From positions 668 through 64,667 of the forward strand of contig CASDTU010000026.1 in assembly GCA_949283775.1 (NCBI GenBank): a DNA stretch of 64,000 nt. Direction: 5' to 3'. The notes beneath the pieces are model-generated. The model was given only the letters and a program-made list of their open reading frames with translations. It was not told the origin of the DNA and searched no databases. Source of the DNA: an uncultured Bacillota bacterium (lineage in GTDB: Bacteria; Bacillota; Clostridia; Christensenellales; Borkfalkiaceae). The translations under genes and the position numbers were made by a program. Positions 1 to 7,810 of the stretch are shown here, one piece after another (the stretch's first letter is position 1; each line of letters opens with the position of its first letter).

Positions 1-665
1 AAAGGCTTATCGTCTTCACGCTGAGGATCGGGGATGTATGCGTCGATCGCATCCATCAAATCGAGTACGCATTTGCATTCGGGAGCAGCGAGAATATCTG
101 CATCCGCAGCACCGGAAGTTGCTTTTTCCAAAGCCTTCAAAGCGGAACCCTTGATGATCGGGGTCTTATCGCCGGGGAAGCCATATTTGGAAAGAAGGTC
201 ACGGATCTCTTCTTCAACGAGTTCAAGAAGTTCAGGATCGTCAACCTGATCGGTCTTGTTCATGAAAACTACGATATAAGGAACGCCTACCTGACGAGCA
301 AGCAAGATGTGCTCACGAGTCTGAGGCATCGGACCATCCGTAGCCGCAACAACGAGGATTGCGCCATCCATCTGTGCTGCGCCCGTGATCATGTTTTTAA
401 CATAGTCAGCGTGTCCCGGGCAGTCAACGTGCGCATAGTGACGTTTGTCTGTCTGGTATTCAACGTGCGCGGTGTTGATCGTGATACCACGAGCCTTTTC
501 TTCCGGCGCTTTGTCGATTTCGTCGTATTTCATCTTTGCAGCCTGACCTTTGGCAGCCATAACCATCGTGATAGCTGCGGTCAGAGTCGTTTTGCCGTGG
601 TCAACGTGGCCGATCGTGCCGACGTTAACGTGGGGTTTGCTTCTGTCGAATTTAGCCTTAGCCAT
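1..665 (-). CDS. tuf: Elongation factor Tu, N-terminal part (gene runs off the window start)
   Basis: Reverse translation from the ATG at 663-665 reads [33 protein letters not shown], the canonical EF-Tu N-terminus with the GHVDHGKT G1 motif. It lies directly downstream of fusA, as in the str operon. It is absent from the ORF track because it is truncated. Confidence 0.95.
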   Translation of the reverse strand, partial: MAKAKFDRSKPHVNVGTIGHVDHGKTTLTAAITMVMAAKGQAAKMKYDEIDKAPEEKARGITINTAHVEYQTDKRHYAHVDCPGHADYVKNMITGAAQMDGAILVVAATDGPMPQTREHILLARQVGVPYIVVFMNKTDQVDDPELLELVEEEIRDLLSKYGFPGDKTPIIKGSALKALEKATSGAADADILAAPECKCVLDLMDAIDAYIPDPQREDDKP

Positions 666-848
666 TTTAGTTCCTCCAAAAAAATTCTATTTTTAATGAT
701 AACTTGTGCGCCGAGACTTCGGCTCTTGCAGCTATCTATCATTATTTAGATAATTGCAGCTCATACAAGCAAGTATAATTATAACTTAAATTCAAAAGAA
801 TATCAATCTTTTTACTACTTTTTTCAAAAAATTTTTGAACTTTCTCGA

Positions 849-2933
849 TTATTCTGCTTTTTTGCCGCGTTCGCCGATAATTTTTTCAGCGATCGAACGA
901 GGCACTTCACTGTAATGCGAGAACTGCATCGTAAACTGGCCTCTTCCCTGCGTACGCGAACGAAGATCCGTCGCATATCCGAACATTTCAGACAGAGGAA
1001 TCGTAGCGTCGATAACTTTTGCTCCGTTTCTATCTTCCGTGCCCGTGATCGTGCCGCGGCGAGAGGATACGTTGCCCATCAGATCACCGAAATAATCTTC
1101 GGGAGTTACGATCTCCACTTTCATCATCGGTTCAAGCAACACAGGATTCGCTCTCTTTAAACCGTCCTTAAAGCCCATGGAACCTGCGATCTTGAACGCC
1201 ATTTCGGACGAGTCTACTTCGTGATAGCTTCCGTCGTATACGACCGCGCGGAAATCCACCACTTCATATCCGGCCAAATAGCCGTTCTTCGCAGCTTCCT
1301 GAATACCTTTATCAATTGCGGGAATATATTCCTTCGGAATGGATCCGCCGACCGTTTCATCCACAAATTCGTACCCTTCACCAGGTTCACGCGGCTCTAA
1401 GCGCAATTTACAATGACCGTACTGACCTTTACCGCCGGACTGACGGACGTATTTTCCCTCCGCGTCCACCGCTTTACGGAACGTCTCACGATACGCAACC
1501 TGCGGCTTACCGACGTTTGCTTCCACTTTGAATTCGCGCAGAAGTCTGTCAACGATAATTTCAAGGTGCAGCTCGCCCATACCGGCTATAATTGTTTGAC
1601 CGGTTTCCGTATCCGTATACGTCTTGAACGTAGGATCCTCTTCCGCAAGTTTCACGAGCGCAAGCGTCATCTTTTCCTGACCGGCTTTCGTCTTCGGTTC
1701 GATAGCGACCTTGATAACCGGTTCCGGGAATTCCATCTGTTCCAGAACGATCGGGTGCTTTTCATCGCAAAGCGTATCGCCCGTACCCGTATCTTTCAGG
1801 CCGACGATCGCGCAGATATCTCCCGAATAAATCTCGGGAATCTCTTCACGATGATTTGCGTGCATTTGCAGGAGGCGGCCGATCCGTTCTTTTTTCTGCT
1901 TCGTGCTGTTGTACACGTATGAACCGGCTTCCAAAACGCCGGAATATGCGCGGAAGAACGCCAGCTTTCCGACAAACGGATCCGCCGCGATCTTGAACGC
2001 AAGACCGGAGAACGGCTCATTGTCAGACGTCTTTCTCTCTTCCTCTTCGCCCGTTTCGGGGTTGATCCCCTTTACATGGTCGACGTCCAAAGGCGACGGC
2101 AGATAATCCACGATTGCATCCAAAAGGAACTGCACGCCCTTGTTTCTGTAAGAAGAGCCGCACAAAACAGGCGTAACCGCCATTGAAATCGTCGCTTTGC
2201 GCAAACCTTTCTTTAAATCTTCTACCGACAGATCCCCGTCTTCAAAGAATTTTTCCATCAGTTCGTCGTCTTGCTCCGCAACCGCTTCCACAAGTTCCGC
2301 ACGGTATTTTTTTGCCTCTTCCATCATGTCTGCGGGAATTTCCGTCTTTTCAAATTCTTTACCGAGATCGTCTTTATAAATTTCCGCGTTCATGTTGACA
2401 AGGTCTACGATCCCTTTAAAAGTCTCTTCCTTGCCGATCGGAAGCTGAATACGGATCGCCTTTGTTCCGAGACGTTCACGCATCATTTTGACCGCATTGT
2501 CAAAATTTGCGCCGTTGATATCCATTTTATTGACGTAAGCGATACGCGGAACCTTATACTTGTCCGCCTGGCGCCAAACCGTTTCGGACTGCGGTTCTAC
2601 GCCGCCCTTCGCACAGAATGTCGCCACAGCACCGTCGAGGACGCGGAGCGAACGTTCCACTTCGACCGTAAAGTCAACGTGTCCCGGTGTATCGATAATA
2701 TTGATACGGTGTCCCTTCCACGTACAAGTCGTCGCTGCGGACGTGATCGTGATCCCGCGCTCCTGCTCCTGCACCATCCAGTCCATCGTCGCAGCGCCTT
2801 CGTGCGTTTCGCCGAGCTTATGCGTCTTGCCCGTATAGAACAAAATACGCTCCGTCGTCGTCGTTTTTCCCGCATCGATGTGCGCCATGATACCGATATT
2901 TCTTGTTACGTCAAGACCAAATTGTCTAGGCAT
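849..2933 (-). CDS. fusA: Elongation factor G
   Basis: 694-aa ORF with [24 protein letters not shown] (G1) and DTPGHVDF (G3) motifs and a full-length EF-G layout. Positioned between rpsG and tuf. Confidence 0.97.
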   Translation of the reverse strand: MPRQFGLDVTRNIGIMAHIDAGKTTTTERILFYTGKTHKLGETHEGAATMDWMVQEQERGITITSAATTCTWKGHRINIIDTPGHVDFTVEVERSLRVLDGAVATFCAKGGVEPQSETVWRQADKYKVPRIAYVNKMDINGANFDNAVKMMRERLGTKAIRIQLPIGKEETFKGIVDLVNMNAEIYKDDLGKEFEKTEIPADMMEEAKKYRAELVEAVAEQDDELMEKFFEDGDLSVEDLKKGLRKATISMAVTPVLCGSSYRNKGVQFLLDAIVDYLPSPLDVDHVKGINPETGEEEERKTSDNEPFSGLAFKIAADPFVGKLAFFRAYSGVLEAGSYVYNSTKQKKERIGRLLQMHANHREEIPEIYSGDICAIVGLKDTGTGDTLCDEKHPIVLEQMEFPEPVIKVAIEPKTKAGQEKMTLALVKLAEEDPTFKTYTDTETGQTIIAGMGELHLEIIVDRLLREFKVEANVGKPQVAYRETFRKAVDAEGKYVRQSGGKGQYGHCKLRLEPREPGEGYEFVDETVGGSIPKEYIPAIDKGIQEAAKNGYLAGYEVVDFRAVVYDGSYHEVDSSEMAFKIAGSMGFKDGLKRANPVLLEPMMKVEIVTPEDYFGDLMGNVSSRRGTITGTEDRNGAKVIDATIPLSEMFGYATDLRSRTQGRGQFTMQFSHYSEVPRSIAEKIIGERGKKAE

Positions 2934-2945
2934 ACTCTACTCCTT

Positions 2946-3416
2946 TTACCATCTGAAATGCGCAAAAGCCTTGTTTGCTTCCGCCATACGATGGGTATCT
3001 TCTTTCTTCTTGACCGAACCGCCGGTATTGTTGAACGCATCCATCAATTCCGCAGCAAGTTTTTTGGACATCTCGCGCTCGCTTCTCTTTCTCGTATTGA
3101 TGACGATCCAGCGGATCGCAAGCGTCTGACGTCTTTCCGGTCTGATTTCAATAGGAACCTGATAGTTCGCACCGCCGACACGGCGTGCCTTTACTTCCAA
3201 TACAGGCATAACGTTCGCCATTGCCTGATTAAATATTTCTAACGGATCCTGACCGAGCTTTTCTTTCATGATCTCAAAAGCATCGTAAACGATCTTCTGA
3301 GCCGTCGCCTTGTTTCCGTCCAGCATGATCTGGTTGATCAGTTTCGCAACTACCTTGCTGCCGTATACGGGATCGGGCAGAACGTCTCTCTTCGGAACAT
3401 TGCCTCTCCTGGGCAT
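2946..3416 (-). CDS. rpsG: 30S ribosomal protein S7
   Basis: [20 protein letters not shown]... is a typical uS7 N-terminus. The start is trimmed to the ATG at 3414-3416, which follows AAGGAGG (reverse complement of 3424-3430). The 17-aa upstream extension in the ORF track is not uS7-like. Confidence 0.95.
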   Translation of the reverse strand: MPRRGNVPKRDVLPDPVYGSKVVAKLINQIMLDGNKATAQKIVYDAFEIMKEKLGQDPLEIFNQAMANVMPVLEVKARRVGGANYQVPIEIRPERRQTLAIRWIVINTRKRSEREMSKKLAAELMDAFNNTGGSVKKKEDTHRMAEANKAFAHFRW

Positions 3417-3662
3417 GATTTTTGTCCTCCTTAAATTTTTTGTTTGCTTCGATACGCAACGCCGCATCGAAACAGCATGTAAGGGTCTTACCCTTAGTAC
3501 AGCTATCGCTTGCTCCTTGAAACAGCTTTCCGCTGCAAGTAGTAGCGAATCTTCTGCCTTTCGGCATACTGCCTACTTTACGGGGTATCTGAAAGATAAA
3601 TTTCCGACAAGTAGGGTTTTTTCCGGCTGACGCCGCTTTGTTTCAAATACTCTCTGTCCTGC

Positions 3663-4034
3663 TTATTTAGGACGCTTTGCGCCGTATTTGGAACGAGCCT
3701 GTTTTCTCTTCGCTACGCCTGCGGTATCCAGAGCGCCGCGAATGACATGGTAACGCACACCAGGCAAATCACGCACACGTCCGCCGCGAATCAGAACCGA
3801 GCTGTGTTCGTTTAAGTTGTGGCCTTCACCGGGAATGTAAACGGTACCTTCCTGTTTGTTCGTCAAGCGTACTCTCGCGATTTTACGCAGCGCCGAGTTC
3901 GGCTTTTTCGGAGACGTCGTAGAAACGGAAAGGCATACGCCGCGTTTCTGCGGGCAAGCACTCATGATAGGAGTTTTGCTCTTTTCCGCACGCTGTTCTC
4001 TGCCGTGCTTGATCAATTGGTTAATTGTAGGCAT
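3663..4034 (-). CDS. rpsL: 30S ribosomal protein S12
   Basis: [14 protein letters not shown]...[10 protein letters not shown]... is the uS12 signature. The start is trimmed to the ATG at 4032-4034, preceded by AAGGAGG. Confidence 0.95.
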   Translation of the reverse strand: MPTINQLIKHGREQRAEKSKTPIMSACPQKRGVCLSVSTTSPKKPNSALRKIARVRLTNKQEGTVYIPGEGHNLNEHSSVLIRGGRVRDLPGVRYHVIRGALDTAGVAKRKQARSKYGAKRPK

Positions 4035-4242
4035 TTTTACCTCCTTGTAAGAATGGAAATTTATCTTAAAATTGCCCTTACGCAATTTAAGAAAGCTTTT
4101 TTTGCAACTTTTTCTCTCTTTCGAAAAACTGCCGCTTTTTTATAAGACAAACGCAAGTTTTACTCCGACATTTCCCCTCTCACGCGGCGTTTTTTCGATA
4201 AAAGGGCGCGAAAATAGAATCGCGCCCGCAGTCGCAAGTAAT

Positions 4243-4272
4243 ATTTTAGCATTTTCACGGGAAATTGTCAAA
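4243..4272 (-). promoter_or_regulatory. Candidate sigma-A promoter upstream of rpsL (TTGACA-N17-TAAAAT)
   Basis: Minus strand reads ttgacaatttcccgtgaaaatgctaaaat. The -35 is at 4267-4272 and the -10 at 4243-4248, with a 17-nt spacer. A terminator-like hairpin follows almost immediately (see findings), so its role is uncertain. Confidence 0.4.
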
Positions 4273-4303
4273 TATTTAAAAGGATTTTCTTCCTCTTTTG
4301 CAT

Positions 4304-4332
4304 AAAAAAACGGACTTGTTTAAGTAAGTCCG
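4304..4332 (-). terminator. Intrinsic terminator downstream of the rubrerythrin gene
   Basis: Stem cggactt/aagtccg (4311-4332). On the minus strand it is followed by a 7-nt U-run (A-run at 4304-4310 on the plus strand). It lies about 20 nt after the stop at 4353. Confidence 0.6.
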
Positions 4333-4352
4333 CCTTTTCTTTCTGCTTTCTG

Positions 4353-4886
4353 TCAGTTTTTGAAATATCTCTTCAAAAGCCCGTTGAAACCTGCACCGTG
4401 ACGCGCTTCGTCCTTCGCCATTTCATGCACGGTATCATGGATCGCGTCGTATCCGAGTTCCTTCGCGCGTTTTGCAATCGCAAGTTTCCCTGCGCAAGCG
4501 CCCGTCTCCGCCGCAACGCGAAGCTCCAGATTCTTCTTCGTCGAATCGGTAATGCATTCACCCAAAAGCTCCGCAAATTTCGATGCGTGCTCCGCTTCTT
4601 CAAACGCATATCTCTTGTACGCTTCCGCAACTTCCGGATATCCCTCTCTCTCGGCTACGCGCGCCATTGCAAGATACATTCCGACTTCCGTGCATTCCCC
4701 TTCAAAATTCGCGCGCAGTCCCGCCACGACTTCTTCGTCCAGACCTTTTGCCACGCCTACTTCGTGTACGCAGGCAAATTTAATGTCCGCACTGTCATCA
4801 ATCGGAACAAATTTCGTCGCCTTGCATACCGGGCATACCGTTACAGAATCTTCAACAACTTCACCGCAAATTGCACATCTTTTCAT
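4353..4886 (-). CDS. Reverse rubrerythrin (N-terminal rubredoxin-like CxxC..CxxC, C-terminal ferritin-like diiron domain)
   Basis: The N-terminus is [17 protein letters not shown]. It is followed by [11 protein letters not shown] and [11 protein letters not shown] (ExxH diiron motifs) and a second EMAKDEARH motif. Confidence 0.85.
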   Translation of the reverse strand: MKRCAICGEVVEDSVTVCPVCKATKFVPIDDSADIKFACVHEVGVAKGLDEEVVAGLRANFEGECTEVGMYLAMARVAEREGYPEVAEAYKRYAFEEAEHASKFAELLGECITDSTKKNLELRVAAETGACAGKLAIAKRAKELGYDAIHDTVHEMAKDEARHGAGFNGLLKRYFKN

Positions 4887-5012
4887 TATTTTTAACCTCT
4901 TTGTTTTTTATTTCTTTTTTAAACGGGCCGAACCCGTTTTTCTGCCTCTATTTTACCATTATATACGTCTTTTTTCTGTTGCATATGCAACAAATTCGTT
5001 TGTTTTGCAAAA

Positions 5013-5888
5013 TTATTTCCGCTTTTTGATCAGCACCGTATACGGCTTTATAAGACCTTTCTCGATCAATTCCGCGTCCGATTTATAGGATACATGGAAA
5101 TCCGTATAAATGCAGCCGACATTGGCGATCCCGCGCGAAGCCGCAAACGCATCCAGCAAATTTTTGGCCCGCTTCAACGTGCGGTTTCCGGTAATTTTGA
5201 CGCGCAGAGGCGTATCCATATGCGCCTTGACGGAAGAAACGTCTTCCGCCTTATACGGATTCTCTTTCAGCTCACCGACGGACATCGCAAGATACAGCCA
5301 CAACGTCTTTCCGCGAACGACCAGCTTGGCGATCTTTTCCCCTGCGATGCGGAAATTTTCGCAGCCCTGACACATGCGCGAATGGATGCCGCCAAAGCCC
5401 AAAAGATAATTTTTCAGTTCCGTATAGATGTCCTGCGCCTTTTCGCTCTGAATGATCCTTGCGCGGAAACTCCTGCGGTACCGGATCACTTTTTCATAGC
5501 CCTCTTTCGGCTCCTTCTCGGACAGGTCTTCCTCCGCCAGCTCTTCAAAAGCCAGCTCTTTCAGCGCATCCGATGTATTCGCATCGCCGCGCGCGCTCGC
5601 CCTGTCCGACAGATTTTCATCCGTTTTCTTTTCCGTTTTTTTCTTTTCTTCGTCCTCTTTTTCTAAAATGTCATCGACGATCTCATCCAGTGCGCTCTCC
5701 ATCTTTTCGCGAAAGCGCGCCTTCGCGCAAGGGAACGTTTCCGCCTTGACGCAGTATTTGCACCAACTGCTTGTCCCGCACAAGTCATACCCCGCCTGCT
5801 CGCTCGCCAGCCATTTGTCTATATCGATCATCTTTTGTTCCCTTTCAAATTCTTCCTGTCCGATTGCAGATAAATCCTTGCTTCCCAT
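5013..5888 (-). CDS. Hypothetical protein: N-terminal Cys cluster, acidic linker, C-terminal YRRSF-type domain (paralog 1)
   Basis: Start trimmed to the ATG at 5886-5888 after AGAGGTG. Contains CGTSSWCKYCVKAETFPC, an E/K/D-rich linker, then RYRRSFRARIIQS...LWLYLA...RVKITGNRTLKRA, which is shared with the 7797-9332 protein. Confidence 0.75.
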   Translation of the reverse strand: MGSKDLSAIGQEEFEREQKMIDIDKWLASEQAGYDLCGTSSWCKYCVKAETFPCAKARFREKMESALDEIVDDILEKEDEEKKKTEKKTDENLSDRASARGDANTSDALKELAFEELAEEDLSEKEPKEGYEKVIRYRRSFRARIIQSEKAQDIYTELKNYLLGFGGIHSRMCQGCENFRIAGEKIAKLVVRGKTLWLYLAMSVGELKENPYKAEDVSSVKAHMDTPLRVKITGNRTLKRAKNLLDAFAASRGIANVGCIYTDFHVSYKSDAELIEKGLIKPYTVLIKKRK

Positions 5889-5956
5889 AGCAAAACACCT
5901 CTTTGTTGCATTCGTCCATCCACGCCGCCTCATTCTGCCTGTATTATAGCGCAAAA

Positions 5957-5988
5957 TGAAAAAAAAGGCAAGAAATTTGCCTTTTTTT
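5957..5988 (-). terminator. Intrinsic (bidirectional-looking) terminator after the alarmone synthetase gene
   Basis: Stem aaggcaa/ttgcctt (5965-5983), flanked by an A-run on one side and a T-run on the other. Confidence 0.6.
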
Positions 5989-5995
5989 ACGGCTC

Positions 5996-6709
5996 TTATC
6001 CTTGATTTTCCGCCGCTTCTTTTTCGAGCTTTTCAATGCGCTTTCGGATCCCCAGCATACGCGCATCCGTCGCGGCGATCGTCTCCGCACAGCTTTTCAG
6101 TTCCGCGGCGATCTCCGGCCTGTCCGCACTCTCTTTTTTGTATTTCATCTGATGTTCAAGGCTCGCCCAGAAATCCATCGCAACGGTACGAATCTGGATC
6201 TCCACGCGCATCATCTCTTTCCGATCCGAAAAAAAGACGGGAACTTCTACGATCATGTGATAGCTCCTGTATCCGTTCGGCTTGGGCTTTTGTATGTAAT
6301 CTTTTACCTGCACGACCGTGATATCGTCCTGCTTCGCCAACATCTCCGCAACGTTGTAAATATCGTCGATAAACGAACAGATGACGCGGATCCCCGCAAC
6401 GTCATTGAGGCATTCCGCAATCTTTTCCACCGTTACGGGCTCCCCCAGACGCCGTAGCTTTGCCGCGATGCTCATCGGCTTTTTCACACGCGAGGTTATA
6501 TTCTCAATGGGATTTCGGCTCGTCTTGAACGACAGCTCTTCATTTAAAATCTCAAACTTCGTGCGCACCTCTTTGATCGCCGAATTGTACCGCATCATGA
6601 GTTCCATGAATCGGCTCATTTTGCCGAATGCGTCATCCTCTTCGCCGAGAAATTCGCGAAACAGCTCCTCCCTTTCATCGGCGGATTTTATCTCTTTTGC
6701 CTCTTCCAT
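5996..6709 (-). CDS. Small alarmone synthetase (RelQ/RelP-type GTP pyrophosphokinase, RelA_SpoT synthetase domain only)
   Basis: 237 aa with DVAGIRVICSF, KPNGYRSYHMIV and VEIQIRTVAMDFWASLEHQ, all hallmarks of the (p)ppGpp synthetase fold. No hydrolase or regulatory domains are present. Confidence 0.9.
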   Translation of the reverse strand: MEEAKEIKSADEREELFREFLGEEDDAFGKMSRFMELMMRYNSAIKEVRTKFEILNEELSFKTSRNPIENITSRVKKPMSIAAKLRRLGEPVTVEKIAECLNDVAGIRVICSFIDDIYNVAEMLAKQDDITVVQVKDYIQKPKPNGYRSYHMIVEVPVFFSDRKEMMRVEIQIRTVAMDFWASLEHQMKYKKESADRPEIAAELKSCAETIAATDARMLGIRKRIEKLEKEAAENQG

Positions 6710-6718
6710 TTTATCTCC

Positions 6719-7498
6719 TTAAATGAAAAATTCGGGATTTTTCCTCTCCATGCAATTCGCTTCCAATTTCTGCCGAACCGCATCGATATGCGCGTCTTTA
6801 AATACGCGCGCTTTTGTCGGGCACAGCTTTACGCACGCCGCGCATCCGATGCACTTCCCCGTGTCGGAAAGATCCGCAGCCAGATTGTTGACCGGGCAAA
6901 CCTCCACGCAATGTTTACAGCCGGTACAGCTTTCCTCTACAATGACCGGCGCTTTTTTCGCCTCGCCCATAGAAGGCGACAGCGCTTTGTACGGCCTGTT
7001 TCCCCGTATGCTTTTTTGGATCTCCTGCCCCGCGCTGACCTTTTCGTACGCGATGACCCCGAACGATTCCGCCGCTACCAAATCGTCCCGATCCGGCCGA
7101 CGCGCACCGACCTTTTCCGTATAGGAATGCTCCCCGATAAATGCCGCGGCGGCACACACTTGAAAGCCAGCCGCTGAAAACAAATCCTTCGTTTCCAGCA
7201 AGGCATCGTCGTAATCCCTGTTTCCGTAAACGGAAAGCACCACGGCTCTTGCACCGTTTCCCTTCATGTTTTTAAGTACGTCGCCCAATAAGAGCGGAAC
7301 CCGCCCCGCATAGACCGGAGCGCCGAAAATCAGCACGTCCTCCTGAGAAAACACATACTCTTTCATCCTGGCAACGGCACGCGTCAAATCGACGATCTCC
7401 GTTTTGCACAGCAGACGCTCAAAAAATACTTTCCCCACCGCGCTTACGATTTTCTTCGTCGTATGCGTAGGACTGAAATACATCAATGTCAGTTTCAT
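6719..7498 (-). CDS. Flavodoxin-like protein fused to a 2x[4Fe-4S] ferredoxin domain
   Basis: Start trimmed to the ATG at 7496-7498 after GGAGG. MKLTLMYFSPTHTTKKIV...IFGAPVYAGRVP is flavodoxin-like. The C-terminus has CTGCKHCVEVCP and CIGCAACVKLCP clusters. The stop lies 9 nt before the alarmone synthetase start. Confidence 0.85.
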   Translation of the reverse strand: MKLTLMYFSPTHTTKKIVSAVGKVFFERLLCKTEIVDLTRAVARMKEYVFSQEDVLIFGAPVYAGRVPLLLGDVLKNMKGNGARAVVLSVYGNRDYDDALLETKDLFSAAGFQVCAAAAFIGEHSYTEKVGARRPDRDDLVAAESFGVIAYEKVSAGQEIQKSIRGNRPYKALSPSMGEAKKAPVIVEESCTGCKHCVEVCPVNNLAADLSDTGKCIGCAACVKLCPTKARVFKDAHIDAVRQKLEANCMERKNPEFFI

Positions 7499-7620
7499 AC
7501 CCGCCTCCGAATTACAAATTGTATTGTAACACGCTGGCGCAAAAATGTAAAGAGGAAATTCAAAAATCGCGGCGGGCTCCTTGTTTTCGCAAGCACAAAA
7601 GGATTTTGCTACCAAAAAAT

Positions 7621-7650
7621 GCGGCAAACCGAACTTGCTCGGTTTGCCGC
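7621..7650 (-). terminator. Intrinsic terminator between the 7797-9332 gene and the flavodoxin gene
   Basis: Stem gcggcaaaccga/tcggtttgccgc, with a U-run on the minus strand (attttttgg) and also on the plus strand. Confidence 0.55.
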
Positions 7651-7709
7651 ATCCTTTTTTTGAATTTTTCCAAAGCTCTGCATTTTTAATGATGCTTTCC
7701 TCTTGTAAT

Positions 7710-7810
7710 TTTTACAAAGCATTGCTTTTTTACTGTAATGTTTCCCGTTTTTAGCTTTTACAAAGCATTGTGCTTTTACTGTAAGGCTTCCCGTTTTTAA
7801 TTTTTACGGA
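7710..7810. repeat. 46-bp imperfect tandem repeat, about 2.2 copies
   Basis: The unit ttttacaaagcattg(t)gctttt(tt)actgtaa(t/g)g(t/c)ttcccgtttttaR starts at 7710, 7756 and 7802. The third, partial copy overlaps the stop codon of the 7797-9332 CDS. Confidence 0.7.

Noticed and set aside
2271-3242. 323-aa plus-strand ORF opposite fusA/rpsG. Similar long shadow ORFs occur at 11827-12732, 15774-16541, 16968-17807, 25109-26164, 39161-40078, 56018-56890, 58858-59784 and 60453-61592.
   Set aside because: All lie antisense to confidently identified conserved genes and have Arg/His/Phe-rich, low-complexity translations. They reflect the RNY-type codon bias of the real genes.
4915-4945. Hairpin aacggg-ccgaa-cccgtt as the terminator of the 5013-5888 gene
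   Set aside because: The U-run follows the hairpin on the plus strand, not on the minus strand where the gene lies, so a terminator role for that gene is doubtful. It is left unannotated.
7710-7810. Possible CRISPR array
   Set aside because: There are only about 2 directly abutting imperfect copies with no unique spacers, and no cas genes are in the window. It is a simple tandem duplication.
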